Part shown: positions 29,112 to 37,920 of the stretch, piece after piece
How positions within the stretch are numbered: the stretch's first letter is position 1
Layout: every line of letters starts with the position of its first letter
Assembly: GCA_963831155.1 (NCBI GenBank)
Contig: CAWHOY010000007.1
Coordinates: 139,235 to 203,234 of the forward strand
Direction: 5' to 3'
DNA from: an uncultured Acidimicrobiaceae bacterium
GTDB lineage: Bacteria; Actinomycetota; Acidimicrobiia; Acidimicrobiales; Bog-793
Length of the DNA stretch: 64,000 nucleotides
Notes under the pieces: model-generated
Seen by the model: only the letters and a program-made list of their open reading frames with translations
What the model was told of the DNA's origin: nothing
The model's database searches: none
Program-made: the position numbers and the translations under genes

Positions 29112-30203
29112 GTGGCTGGGGTCGAGCCCGACATCGTCGAATCCGACGCCGAGGCGGCGACGCTTTCACGGCAGCCGCTGCTCGTCCTCGATCGGGTGCG
29201 CGGCTTCCTCGACGAGCACGAACTCGGATCGGGAGCCGTCAAGGCGACCCGAATCGGCTCCGGTGGCGGCTCGAACTTCTCGTTCCTGGTTGAGCGCGGC
29301 GACGATCGCTACGTGTTGCGGCGCCCGCCCCGGCCGCCGCTCCCCCCTTCCGCGCACGACGTCGTGCGTGAGGCCAACCTCCAGCTGGCGCTGGCGCGAT
29401 TCGGCATCCGTGTACCACGCATTCGGGCCGTCTGCGACGACGAGTCCTTGCTCGGCGTGCCTTTCTACATGGCGGATTACATCGAAGGAGTCGTCGTCGC
29501 CGACGAACTCCCAACCGAACTACAGCAGGATGAGGAGGCGCGGCGACTCCTTGGATACGACCTCGTTGACACGCTCGTCGAGATCCACGCGGTGGATGTA
29601 TCCGCGCCTGCGCTCGCCCATTTCTCGCGTCCCGGCAGTTACCTCGAGCGCCAGGTGCGCCGTTTCTCTCAGCTCTGGGAGGTGAACGCGACCCGAGAAC
29701 TTCCGCTCGTCGCCGACGTCGGGGCCCGACTCGCGGAATCGATGCCCGAGCCGCTGACGCCGACGGTCGTCCATGGCGACTACCGGCTCGGGAACATGAT
29801 CGTCGCGCCCAACCCCCCAAACCGAATCGTCGCGGTCTTGGACTGGGAGATGGGGGCGATCGGTGATCCGCGCGCGGACTTGGGGTACCTCCTCGCCACG
29901 TACTCCGAGCCGGGAGGCGAGTCGAGCCCGCTCGGCACGTCGCCCGTGACGTCAGTTCCGGGCTTTCCTTCACGCGAAGAGCTCGCTAACCGCTACGTGG
30001 AAAGCAGCGGTCGCAAGGTGGAGTTGCTCGCCTGGTTTGAAGCGCTCGCTCTTTGGAAAGCGGCGGTGTTCTGCGAAGCGATCTATGGCCGTTTCACCCG
30101 GGGAGAACTCACTGCCGACGACGCGCGGGCGGCGCGATTCGAAGAGATCGTTCCTGCGTTGGCGGTGACTGCATCGGCACATCTCGATGCGCTGCGCGTC
30201 TGA
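29112..30203 (+). CDS. APH-family phosphotransferase (ACAD10/11 kinase-domain-like)
   Basis: 'GGGSN', 'VLRRPP...SAHDVVRE', 'VHGDYRLGN', 'AVLDWEM', 'GDPRADL'. Confidence 0.9.
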   Translation: MAGVEPDIVESDAEAATLSRQPLLVLDRVRGFLDEHELGSGAVKATRIGSGGGSNFSFLVERGDDRYVLRRPPRPPLPPSAHDVVREANLQLALARFGIRVPRIRAVCDDESLLGVPFYMADYIEGVVVADELPTELQQDEEARRLLGYDLVDTLVEIHAVDVSAPALAHFSRPGSYLERQVRRFSQLWEVNATRELPLVADVGARLAESMPEPLTPTVVHGDYRLGNMIVAPNPPNRIVAVLDWEMGAIGDPRADLGYLLATYSEPGGESSPLGTSPVTSVPGFPSREELANRYVESSGRKVELLAWFEALALWKAAVFCEAIYGRFTRGELTADDARAARFEEIVPALAVTASAHLDALRV

Positions 30204-30281
30204 CCGAGCGATCACATCGAAGCGATCACGATCACGCTCGGGGAGTCGAGAAAGGCGGCCTCCTCCACAGACGAGGCGGCT

Positions 30282-33200
30282 TCAGCCGGGTAACGCTGAG
30301 GCGGCACGCTGTGCCGGGTAGCGCTCCGCCAGGCGATCAAGCAGCGGCGTGACCCCGAGCAATTCGATTCCGTCACGCGCGGCCGCGGCTGCTTCCGCTG
30401 CCTCTGGGCGCGAGTCGAGCAGGAACGCCATGTCGACTTGGCAAAGGGCGAGATCGAATGGCGCCTCGAGCTCTCGCCACGCCCGAGTGGCACCCGTGTA
30501 CGTCGCCACCGATTGGTCGAGCTCACCGCTCAGTGCTGCGACACCAGCTTCGACAGTTTGCCGCAATGCGTCCATCCGGCGTCCATGGAAGTTGTCGATC
30601 GCAGCACGCGCTGTGGCCGCTCGTTCCCTGTCCCGCAACCACAGCGCCGCTCGCGCCTGGACCTGGAGGGCGGACGGGCCGTTGATGCCGGCGGGGTCGA
30701 CTGCGACCGCCGCCTCGGCACCGGCGTACGCGGATTCGAGTTCGCCGGAGATGAGACGCATTAGCGCGAGGTACCAGAGGTTGGTCGCGCGCATGTGAAT
30801 GTACGCCGCGGCTTCCGTTTCCTTTGCGAGCCGCTCAAGCTCGCGAATTGCTTGGCCGATGTCGCCGGTCAGCCCTTCGAGCAACGCTCTCGCGCAGTCT
30901 CGAAAATGCATCTGGCTGCTGTTCTCCTCTCCGAGGTGCATCGCGTCGACATCGGCAATCGCGCTGCGAGCCGTATCCCACTCGCCGAGGAGGAGCGAGA
31001 ACTCGGCCACGTTGAGGAGGTTGATCGTTTCGAGCGGGCGGTTTCCGGCTCGGCGCGCCACAGGGACCGCCCTCAGCGCCGCGTTCAAGGACTCGCGCGG
31101 CTCGTCGTCGGTCGCCGTAACGCCGAGAGAAGTGAGGTAGTCGGCCAGTTGGCCGAGCAGCCCGCTCGTCTCGGCGATCGCGACTCCCCCTCTATACAAG
31201 ATGAGGGCCTCTTTGTGACGGCCCATCGAAAAGAGCGAATGAGCCTTTGATTGGAGGGCTTCGAGAAAGGTCTCCGGGGCGTCGAGATGCTCGACGATGG
31301 CGAGGGCCCGTTCGGCCCAGTCGTGCGCGCGCCGCTGTTCGCCGACCATTGTCGCCAGCGCCGCCATCGTCTGGGCGAGCTCCGCGCGTACGTGTTGGTC
31401 ACCGTCGGCGTCAAGCGACTCAAAGGCCGCCTCGGAACGTCGCGACGCTTCATCGAATCTTCCAAGGAAAGCGAGCGGAATCGCCGCCCGTGCGACGGCG
31501 CGGCCGGCGGCGTCGCGGTCTCCGGCAGCGTCGAAGTCCCGATGCGCCTGCTCGTAGAGCTCGACGGCGCGTTCGTTCGAGCCCGAAAGCTGTGCCGCCC
31601 GGCCGGCGAGCAGCGAAAGCGTGCCGCGCTCTCCGGTTGCCGACGGGATCTCGAGCGCCTGGTCGAGGTAGGAGAGCGCCTGTTCCGGCGCCCCCAACGA
31701 GAGTGCGCGTTGCCCGGCGCCGACGAGCGACTCGCGAGCCCGCGCCCCGAGCTCGTCACGTTCGGGTCCTTCAGGAGATGTTCGGTGCGCCTCGAGATAG
31801 TGGGCGGCGACGACCCCGACGAGCTCGTCGTCAACAAGTGACTCGTAATACCTGGCGGCCAAGAGGTGTTTTCCCCGCCGGTCCTTGCGCGAAAGCGTCG
31901 AGTAGGCGACCTCGCGGATGACGCTCTGCAGAAAGCCATACTGGCCGCGCTCTGGCGAACGCGGATCGATGTCGACGGAGAGGAACTCTTTCCGAGCGAG
32001 ATCGCGGAGCTGACTCTCGAGCTCTTCTTTCCCCCTTCCCGTCAATGCCGAAAGTGCACTCGTGCTGAAGCTCTTTCCGAGCACGGCCGCGTCTTGAATA
32101 AGGGCGCGCTCGCCCTCTGGCAACGAGTCAAGCCGCGAGGCAATCAGGGCATGCAAGCTGTCCGGTATCTCGAAGTCGGTGAGTTCGCCCGAGGCCTCGT
32201 AGGTTCCGCCCCGTTCCCTCAGAAGGCCGTTGCCCGAGAGCATGCGAACGATTTCCACCGCGTAGAGCGGCACGCCTTCAGCTCGTTCGAGGATCGCCGC
32301 TGACAACGAAGCCGGGATTTCTTGAATCATCCCTTTGAGGAGTTCACCCATCGCCTCACTGTCGAGCGGCTCGAGGTGGAGCGAAGTGAAACTGCGCTGC
32401 CCCGCTCCCCAACTCGGGCGCCTCTCGAACAGTTCCGGGCGGGCGAGAACGACAACGAGAATGGGGTGACTCTTTGACCATTCGAGTACGAATTCGATGA
32501 AGTCGATCATTCCGGAATCGGCCCACTGGAGATCCTCGAAGACCATAACGACCGGCGCGCGTTCCGCAATGTGCTCAAAGAACGTCCGCCAAGCGGAGAA
32601 AGTCTCCTCGCGCGCCCCCTGTGGCGAGGCGGAAAGGCCGAGAAGGTGGGCGAGGCGTGTTTCGATCCAAGAGCGCTCGTCCTTGTCGGCGACGAACTCG
32701 TCCACGGAGTCGGCGAGCTTCCTTCGCGCGGAGGAATGCTCCTCGTCTTCGGCGATCCCGGCGCGCATCCGGATCATCTCGGCGAGGGCCCAGAAGCTGA
32801 TGCCCTCCCCGTAGGCGGGGCTGCGACCCTGGTGCCAGTAGATCGTCTCGACCAGCCCGTCGACGTATTTCTGGAACTCCCACGCGAGGCGGCTCTTTCC
32901 GATGCCGGGTATTCCTGTTACCGAGACGAGCCGAGCACGTCGTTCCCGCCCGACACCATCGAGCGCGTCCTTGAGTGAGCGGAGCTCCTCGACACGTCCG
33001 ACGAATGGCGCCTCGATGCCCCTTGGTCGTCCGACCCCTTGACGTTGCGCCACCACCCGCAGCGCACGCCAGGCGTGGACGGTCTCTTCCTTCCCCTTCA
33101 GGACGAGCTCACCGGCGTCGACGTAGGAAATGGCGTGGTTCGTTGATGTGAACGTCGCCTCGCCGACGAGTGCCGAGCGCGGATCGGCCACGTTCTGCAG

Positions 33201-33809
33201 CCGGGAGGCGGTATTGACGAGGTCGCCGGCAACCATCCTTTCGCCGATGCCGCCGCGGTTGATCGCGGCCTCTCCCGTCATGACGCCGGCGCGCGCCGCG
33301 AGCCCGGGGACATTGACTTCTGTACCGAGGGCGGTGATCGCCTCGATGAGGTCGAGGCCACAGCGAACCGCCCGCTCGGCGTCGTCTTCGTGGGCGACCG
33401 TCGCTCCCCAAACCGCAAAGACGGCGTCGCCGATGAAATTGTCGACGAAGCCCCCGTATCTTTCGATGACTGACCGGCAAACCTCGGCGAAACGCATGAG
33501 AAGGTCGCGAACCTCTTCGGCGTCCCGACTCTCCGAAAGGCTCGTAAATCCCACGAGGTCAGCGAACAGGACTGAAACCAGCCTGCGCTCGGCAAGAGAG
33601 GGTCCCGGTGGTGTCGACTCGACTTCCCTCCCTTGCGGTTGCGTGCCTGTAACCGCTGGCGAAACCGCCGTTCCGCACTGCTCGCAGAAGCGTTGTCCTG
33701 TCTGCACCGGAGCGCCGCAGGCGCTGCAGGCGAGCAGCATTGTGTAGCCACAACTGCCGCAAAAGCGAGCCGACGAGCTGGCTTCAACGCCACAATTCGA
33801 ACAGCGCAC
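30282..33809 (-). CDS. Double zinc-ribbon + class III nucleotide cyclase + STAND/AAA ATPase + TPR protein
   Basis: Four N-terminal CxxC pairs; 'LFADLVGFT', 'FIGDA', 'GDLVNTASRLQ'; Walker A 'GIPGIGKS'; Walker B 'VFEDLQWAD'; helical C-terminus. Confidence 0.92.
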   Translation of the reverse strand: MRCSNCGVEASSSARFCGSCGYTMLLACSACGAPVQTGQRFCEQCGTAVSPAVTGTQPQGREVESTPPGPSLAERRLVSVLFADLVGFTSLSESRDAEEVRDLLMRFAEVCRSVIERYGGFVDNFIGDAVFAVWGATVAHEDDAERAVRCGLDLIEAITALGTEVNVPGLAARAGVMTGEAAINRGGIGERMVAGDLVNTASRLQNVADPRSALVGEATFTSTNHAISYVDAGELVLKGKEETVHAWRALRVVAQRQGVGRPRGIEAPFVGRVEELRSLKDALDGVGRERRARLVSVTGIPGIGKSRLAWEFQKYVDGLVETIYWHQGRSPAYGEGISFWALAEMIRMRAGIAEDEEHSSARRKLADSVDEFVADKDERSWIETRLAHLLGLSASPQGAREETFSAWRTFFEHIAERAPVVMVFEDLQWADSGMIDFIEFVLEWSKSHPILVVVLARPELFERRPSWGAGQRSFTSLHLEPLDSEAMGELLKGMIQEIPASLSAAILERAEGVPLYAVEIVRMLSGNGLLRERGGTYEASGELTDFEIPDSLHALIASRLDSLPEGERALIQDAAVLGKSFSTSALSALTGRGKEELESQLRDLARKEFLSVDIDPRSPERGQYGFLQSVIREVAYSTLSRKDRRGKHLLAARYYESLVDDELVGVVAAHYLEAHRTSPEGPERDELGARARESLVGAGQRALSLGAPEQALSYLDQALEIPSATGERGTLSLLAGRAAQLSGSNERAVELYEQAHRDFDAAGDRDAAGRAVARAAIPLAFLGRFDEASRRSEAAFESLDADGDQHVRAELAQTMAALATMVGEQRRAHDWAERALAIVEHLDAPETFLEALQSKAHSLFSMGRHKEALILYRGGVAIAETSGLLGQLADYLTSLGVTATDDEPRESLNAALRAVPVARRAGNRPLETINLLNVAEFSLLLGEWDTARSAIADVDAMHLGEENSSQMHFRDCARALLEGLTGDIGQAIRELERLAKETEAAAYIHMRATNLWYLALMRLISGELESAYAGAEAAVAVDPAGINGPSALQVQARAALWLRDRERAATARAAIDNFHGRRMDALRQTVEAGVAALSGELDQSVATYTGATRAWRELEAPFDLALCQVDMAFLLDSRPEAAEAAAAARDGIELLGVTPLLDRLAERYPAQRAASALPG

Positions 33810-33910
33810 AGACCTACCCCCGTTGTTCCGAACGAGCGTAGTGAGCTAGTCGCGTCTCGAGGAGGGGACTCCGCCCGAGGCGGTCGCGCTCCGTGAGAGG
33901 CTTTCGACGC

Positions 33911-33993
33911 GCGGGTGTGGCGGAATTTGGCAGACGCGCCGGGTTTAGGTCCCGGTCCCTTCGGGGGTGGAGGTTCGACTCCTCTCGCCCGCA
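33911..33993 (+). tRNA. tRNA-Leu(TAG)
   Basis: Acceptor GCGGGTG/CGCCCGC plus discriminator A; D-arm with GG; anticodon arm CCGGG-TTTAGGT-CCCGG; long variable arm; T-arm GGAGG-TTCGACT-CCTCT. CCA not encoded. Confidence 0.95.
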
Positions 33994-34108
33994 CGCACGT
34001 AGCTCTTTGCGAACCGATCGCACGATGTGCGGCGTCTATACGCGACCGAAGCGCGGGCGGCGTCGGTGTGCAGGATCTCTGGCTCAAACGGAAAAAGGGA
34101 GTCGCGAA

Positions 34109-35329
34109 GTGCGTGTGCTGTTGTCGACGTATGGCGGGCGCGGGGACGTCGAACCGCTGGTGAGCCTTGCCGTTCGGTTACGGGACCTGGGCGGCGAGGT
34201 ACGGGCGTGCGCGCCGCCGGACCGCGGCGAGCGGCTCGCCGAATTCGGCGTGCCGCTGGTGCCGGTCGGCCAGCCGGTGCGCCCGCTGCTGCACGGGCCA
34301 AGGCCGGCTTCGGCGGCGGACGTGCCCCGGATCGCGGCCGAGTTGATCGCCGCGCAGTTCGACGCGCTCGCCGGGGCAGCCGAGGGATGTGATGCGCTAA
34401 TGGCGACCGGCCTACTGCCGGCCGCGGCCGGCGCGCGGTCTGTCGCCGAGCATCTGGGCATCCGCTACCTATACGCGGCCTACTGTCCAATTTTTCTGCC
34501 CTCGCCGCACCACCCACCGGTGCCGCTTCCGGGTCGGCCGCTACCGCCGGACGTGACCGACAACCGAGTGCTGTGGGACCTGAACGACCAGAGCGCGAAC
34601 GCGCTGTTCGGCGCGGCGCTCAACGCCCGCCGGGCGTCGAGCGGCTTGTCGCCAGTGGACAACGTCTACGACTACGCCTTCACCGACCATCCCTGGCTGG
34701 CGGCAGACCCGACTCTGGCTCCCTGGAAGGAGACGGCGGAACTCGACGTCGTACAGACGGGCGCGTGGACGCTGCCGGACGAGCGCCCGCTGCAAGCGGA
34801 GCTGGTGGCTTTCCTGGACGCCGGCCCACCACCGGTGTACGTGGGCTTTGGCGGTATGCCCATGCGCGCCCCGGAGGACATCGGCAGGGTGGTCATCGAG
34901 GCGGTGCGCTCCCAGGGCCGCCGAGCCGTCGTTTCGGCCGGTGCGGCCGAGCTGGCCCTGATTGACGAGCGGGACGACTGCTTCGCCATCGGCGAGGTCA
35001 ACCAGCAGGCACTGTTTCCTCTAGTGGCCGCCGTCGTGCACCACGGCGGCGCGGGCACGACGACGACAGCCGCCCGGGCCGGCGCGCCTCAAGTGGTGGT
35101 GCCCCAGATGGCGGACCAGCCCTACTGGGCCGGCCGAGTGGCCGAGCTCGGCATCGGCACGGCGCACGACGGCCCGGCTCCGACCACCGAGTCCCTGGCG
35201 GCCGCGCTCAGGACCGCGCTGACCCCCGAGACGCGCGCACGCGCGGCAGCCGTCTCGGGCACGATCCGGACCGACGGGGCGAGGGTGGCCGCGACACTGC
35301 TGCTCGGCGCGGCCAGACCAGCGACTTGA
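34109..35329 (+). CDS. GT1 glycosyltransferase, Rgt (rifamycin)/GtfA-E (glycopeptide)-like
   Basis: 'MRVLLSTYGGRGDVEPL', 'WLAADPTL', 'QTGAWTLPDERPL', 'EVNQQALF', 'HHGGAGTTTTAARAGAPQVVVP', 'DQPYWA', 'TIRTDGA'; GTG after 'aaaagggag'. Confidence 0.85.
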   Translation: MRVLLSTYGGRGDVEPLVSLAVRLRDLGGEVRACAPPDRGERLAEFGVPLVPVGQPVRPLLHGPRPASAADVPRIAAELIAAQFDALAGAAEGCDALMATGLLPAAAGARSVAEHLGIRYLYAAYCPIFLPSPHHPPVPLPGRPLPPDVTDNRVLWDLNDQSANALFGAALNARRASSGLSPVDNVYDYAFTDHPWLAADPTLAPWKETAELDVVQTGAWTLPDERPLQAELVAFLDAGPPPVYVGFGGMPMRAPEDIGRVVIEAVRSQGRRAVVSAGAAELALIDERDDCFAIGEVNQQALFPLVAAVVHHGGAGTTTTAARAGAPQVVVPQMADQPYWAGRVAELGIGTAHDGPAPTTESLAAALRTALTPETRARAAAVSGTIRTDGARVAATLLLGAARPAT

Positions 35330-35467
35330 ACGCGCCGGGCTGAGCCCAGATTCGCTATCCGGTCTTCATCCGCAAAGCGCTCGAGTTCTGGTCGTGCGCG
35401 AGACAACGATGCTCCCGGTGTCCGAAGGTCAGTTTCCGGCGGCTCGAGTCGCCTACCCGGCGCAGCC

Positions 35468-36472
35468 CTAGAGCTCAATCTCGATCGTTTGACCTTGCCA
35501 CTCCACCGTCAACGCGCGGGCAGCTGACGCCGCATCATCGTTCGCCTCCTCGGGGACAAAGTACGAACGCCCGGCCCAGTCGCCGGTCGCTTGCGGCTCG
35601 GAATCACCGAGTGCGAGCAGATAGCGCTCATTTGCGTCTACCGAGATCTTTAGAAATTGCGGCCCTTCCGGTGTGCCGTGCCTTCGCGGCTCGCCGGGAT
35701 CTCTCGTCGCCCTCGCGCGCCGCCCGCCGGGGCCAGTGATCAGGCGCTGAATGGGCTGGCGAAGGCGGCGCATCCCCCCGAAGGGGGCATTCGGATCGCG
35801 CTGCAGCAAATCGAGGAGCGGCTTGGGCACGCCGGAGAGCTTCCAATGCACTTCGATGTCGTTCTCGTAGAACAAGATCCCGACCACCCGGAAGTCGATT
35901 CCCTCTCGGGAGAGAGAAAGTTCCGGTCCAGGAATTACCCGCGTCGGGTATCGCGGCCAATCGAACTCTTGCACGAGGCGCGTTATGCGAGCCGTGTTGG
36001 AGGACACGGACTCTTGTTCGACGGCCGGATGGTCATACCCCTCGAGAAGCGAGATGACGACACCGCGAACTTTGGGCAAGTCAGCACCGAGGCTCTGAAG
36101 GACCTGAGCAGCGACTCCTTCGCCTTCCCGAACGAGTCCGAGGAGTATGTGCTCGGTCCCGATGTAGTTATGCCCGAGCTGCAGTGCTTCGCGCAGGGAG
36201 AGCTCCAACACTTTCTTTGCGCGGGGAGTGAACGGCATCTCCACGCTCGCCTGTGTTCGGCTGGCGGGTCCGATTGTCTCTTCGACTCTCTCTCGCACCT
36301 CCTCAAGCGAGATATCGAAGGAGCGGAGCGCCTGTGCAGCGAGTCCTTCGCCCTCGTCGATCAAACCGAGCAGGAGGTGCTCGGTTCCGACGAAGCCGTG
36401 ATTCATCAGGCGTGCTTCGTTTTGGGCGAGGACGAGTACTCGGCGAGCCCGATCCGTGAACCGCTCGAACAC
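35468..36472 (-). CDS. ClpC N-terminal-domain protein fused to an unrecognised C-terminal domain (no AAA+ module)
   Basis: First ~145 aa '[12 protein letters not shown]...GTEHLLLGL...[33 protein letters not shown]' match the actinobacterial ClpC NTD. No Walker motifs downstream. Confidence 0.88.
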   Translation of the reverse strand: MFERFTDRARRVLVLAQNEARLMNHGFVGTEHLLLGLIDEGEGLAAQALRSFDISLEEVRERVEETIGPASRTQASVEMPFTPRAKKVLELSLREALQLGHNYIGTEHILLGLVREGEGVAAQVLQSLGADLPKVRGVVISLLEGYDHPAVEQESVSSNTARITRLVQEFDWPRYPTRVIPGPELSLSREGIDFRVVGILFYENDIEVHWKLSGVPKPLLDLLQRDPNAPFGGMRRLRQPIQRLITGPGGRRARATRDPGEPRRHGTPEGPQFLKISVDANERYLLALGDSEPQATGDWAGRSYFVPEEANDDAASAARALTVEWQGQTIEIEL

Positions 36473-36652
36473 AGGCTCAGGCTATGCATTTGGCATGGCC
36501 CTAGCGCATCAGTTTTGGCCGACTGACCTCGAGATGGCTGCGGCGGTTGTGGCGGCGTCGGCTCTTTTGATGTTCGTACCCTTGGGGGCGGAGCCCCTGT
36601 CGCCTGCGCAAACAAACGGGTGAACAGCCGTCCGGGCGAAGGAGGAACTCAG

Positions 36653-37081
36653 ATGACCGTGGTCGCGATCCACCTCGGAGAGGTCGAAGGTGGTCCGCTG
36701 CAATCGGTCGCCTCGGTGCGGGCACTCGCAGGTAAAGGTCTCGTCGGCGACCGCCATTTCGATGAGGACGGAGCGAGTTCCGGGCGCGCACTCACACTCG
36801 TGGAAGAAGAGGTCGTCAACGACGCCCGACTTTCCGAAGGTGCGACCCGCAGACAGCTAACGGTTCGAGGAGTGCGCTTGAACGACCTCGTCGGAAAGCG
36901 CTTTCGAGTCGGCGACATCGAGTGCTACGGCGTTGAACTCTGCGAGCCGTGCGGCCACCTACAGAGTATGACGAGACCTGGCATCGTCAATGAGCTCGCG
37001 CACCGAGCGGGCATCAATGCCGACATCCTTTCCGACGGCACGATCGCGGTTGGAGATCCGGTCTCAGCGATCGACACCTAA
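36653..37081 (+). CDS. MOSC-domain protein
   Basis: 'GKGLVGDR', 'TRRQLTVRG', 'LVGKRFRVG', 'CEPC'; RBS 'ggagga'. Confidence 0.85.
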   Translation: MTVVAIHLGEVEGGPLQSVASVRALAGKGLVGDRHFDEDGASSGRALTLVEEEVVNDARLSEGATRRQLTVRGVRLNDLVGKRFRVGDIECYGVELCEPCGHLQSMTRPGIVNELAHRAGINADILSDGTIAVGDPVSAIDT

Positions 37082-37105
37082 ATGGGGGTGTTCATTCCCA
37101 CTACG

Positions 37106-37124
37106 GGCTGCGAACACCGCAGCC
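37106..37124. terminator. Short GC hairpin between the convergent MOSC and arfB genes
   Basis: ggctgcg-aacac-cgcagcc. Confidence 0.35.
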
Positions 37125-37130
37125 GCGGCG

Positions 37131-37553
37131 TCATTCATCCGACGGTGGCGATTGGCGAGACCGCTTCACCTCGCTCCGCTTGCGCTTTTCCTGGAGTCGG
37201 CGTTCCTTCGACGCCTTGGTGGGCGACGTCGGCGTCCTGGGTCGTTCAATCTTCAACGCGTCGATGAGGCGAGTCTGGAGTCGCTCGAGCGCGAGTTCGC
37301 GGTTGCGCGCCTGAGAGCGCGTATCGGAGGCGACGATCCGCACCAGCGGGCCGAATCGCTCAAGGATGCGGGCACGTTGTCGAGGCCCGAGCGATGTCGA
37401 CGCCGCCACGTCGAAGACGACTTCGACGCGCGTATTTGCAGTATTCGCGTGCTGACCGCCCGGTCCACCGCTACCGCTGAATCGCCATTCGAGTTCTTCG
37501 AGTGGAATCCGTGTCCTGCGACCGATGTGAAGCGCTCGATCATCACCGCTCAT
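37131..37553 (-). CDS. arfB: Alternative ribosome rescue peptidyl-tRNA hydrolase ArfB
   Basis: 'SGGPGGQHAN' (GGQ), 'RSQARNRELAL', basic C-terminal tail. Confidence 0.92.
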   Translation of the reverse strand: MSGDDRALHIGRRTRIPLEELEWRFSGSGGPGGQHANTANTRVEVVFDVAASTSLGPRQRARILERFGPLVRIVASDTRSQARNRELALERLQTRLIDALKIERPRTPTSPTKASKERRLQEKRKRSEVKRSRQSPPSDE

Positions 37554-37603
37554 GACGTCACGGCAGTCGTGCGCAACTCCTCGCCGGATCGGGACTCAGC
37601 CGA

Positions 37604-37825
37604 CTATTCGTCCTCGTTGAGCTTCTCTGGGTCGTCCAGCATGGCGTCGGCTTCGAGCGCTTCGACGACGTCGATCGGTCCGACCTCGTCCTCGACTTCG
37701 TCGTCGAAATCGATCTCGCTGTCCCTCGACGCGACGTCTGCTGCATCTTCCGGTATCAGGGGATCGGAGTGCTCAATGACCGGGATTTCGTCGTCGTCTT
37801 GATCATCGAACTCTTCCCTCGTCAT
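37604..37825 (-). CDS. Small hyper-acidic hypothetical protein (73 aa)
   Basis: ATG after 'ggagagg'. About 32 of 73 residues are D/E by my count. Confidence 0.65.
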   Translation of the reverse strand: MTREEFDDQDDDEIPVIEHSDPLIPEDAADVASRDSEIDFDDEVEDEVGPIDVVEALEADAMLDDPEKLNEDE

Positions 37826-37920
37826 CGCCTCTCCGTCCAATCGGGTCGCGGCACAGACTGTTCAACGTCCGCCACTCTCGTCAGTCTCGTGGATCGTACC
37901 GATGCTGGTGGCAACAACAT

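Noticed and set aside
33994-34108. Rifamycin-associated element upstream of the glycosyltransferase
   Set aside because: Only 'tgcggc' is present; the palindromic CTTGCGGCAAG core is absent.
35438-35464. 'ggcggctcgagtcgcct...' resembles the tRNA-Leu T-arm/3' end (possible attR)
   Set aside because: Only 12 of 17 positions match and the acceptor part does not align. This is plausible by chance in GC-rich DNA, and no integrase is nearby.
36534-36623. 29-aa hydrophobic ORF (MAAAVVAASALLMFVPLG...)
   Set aside because: No clear SD, very short, and it lies in a divergent promoter region, so it cannot be supported.
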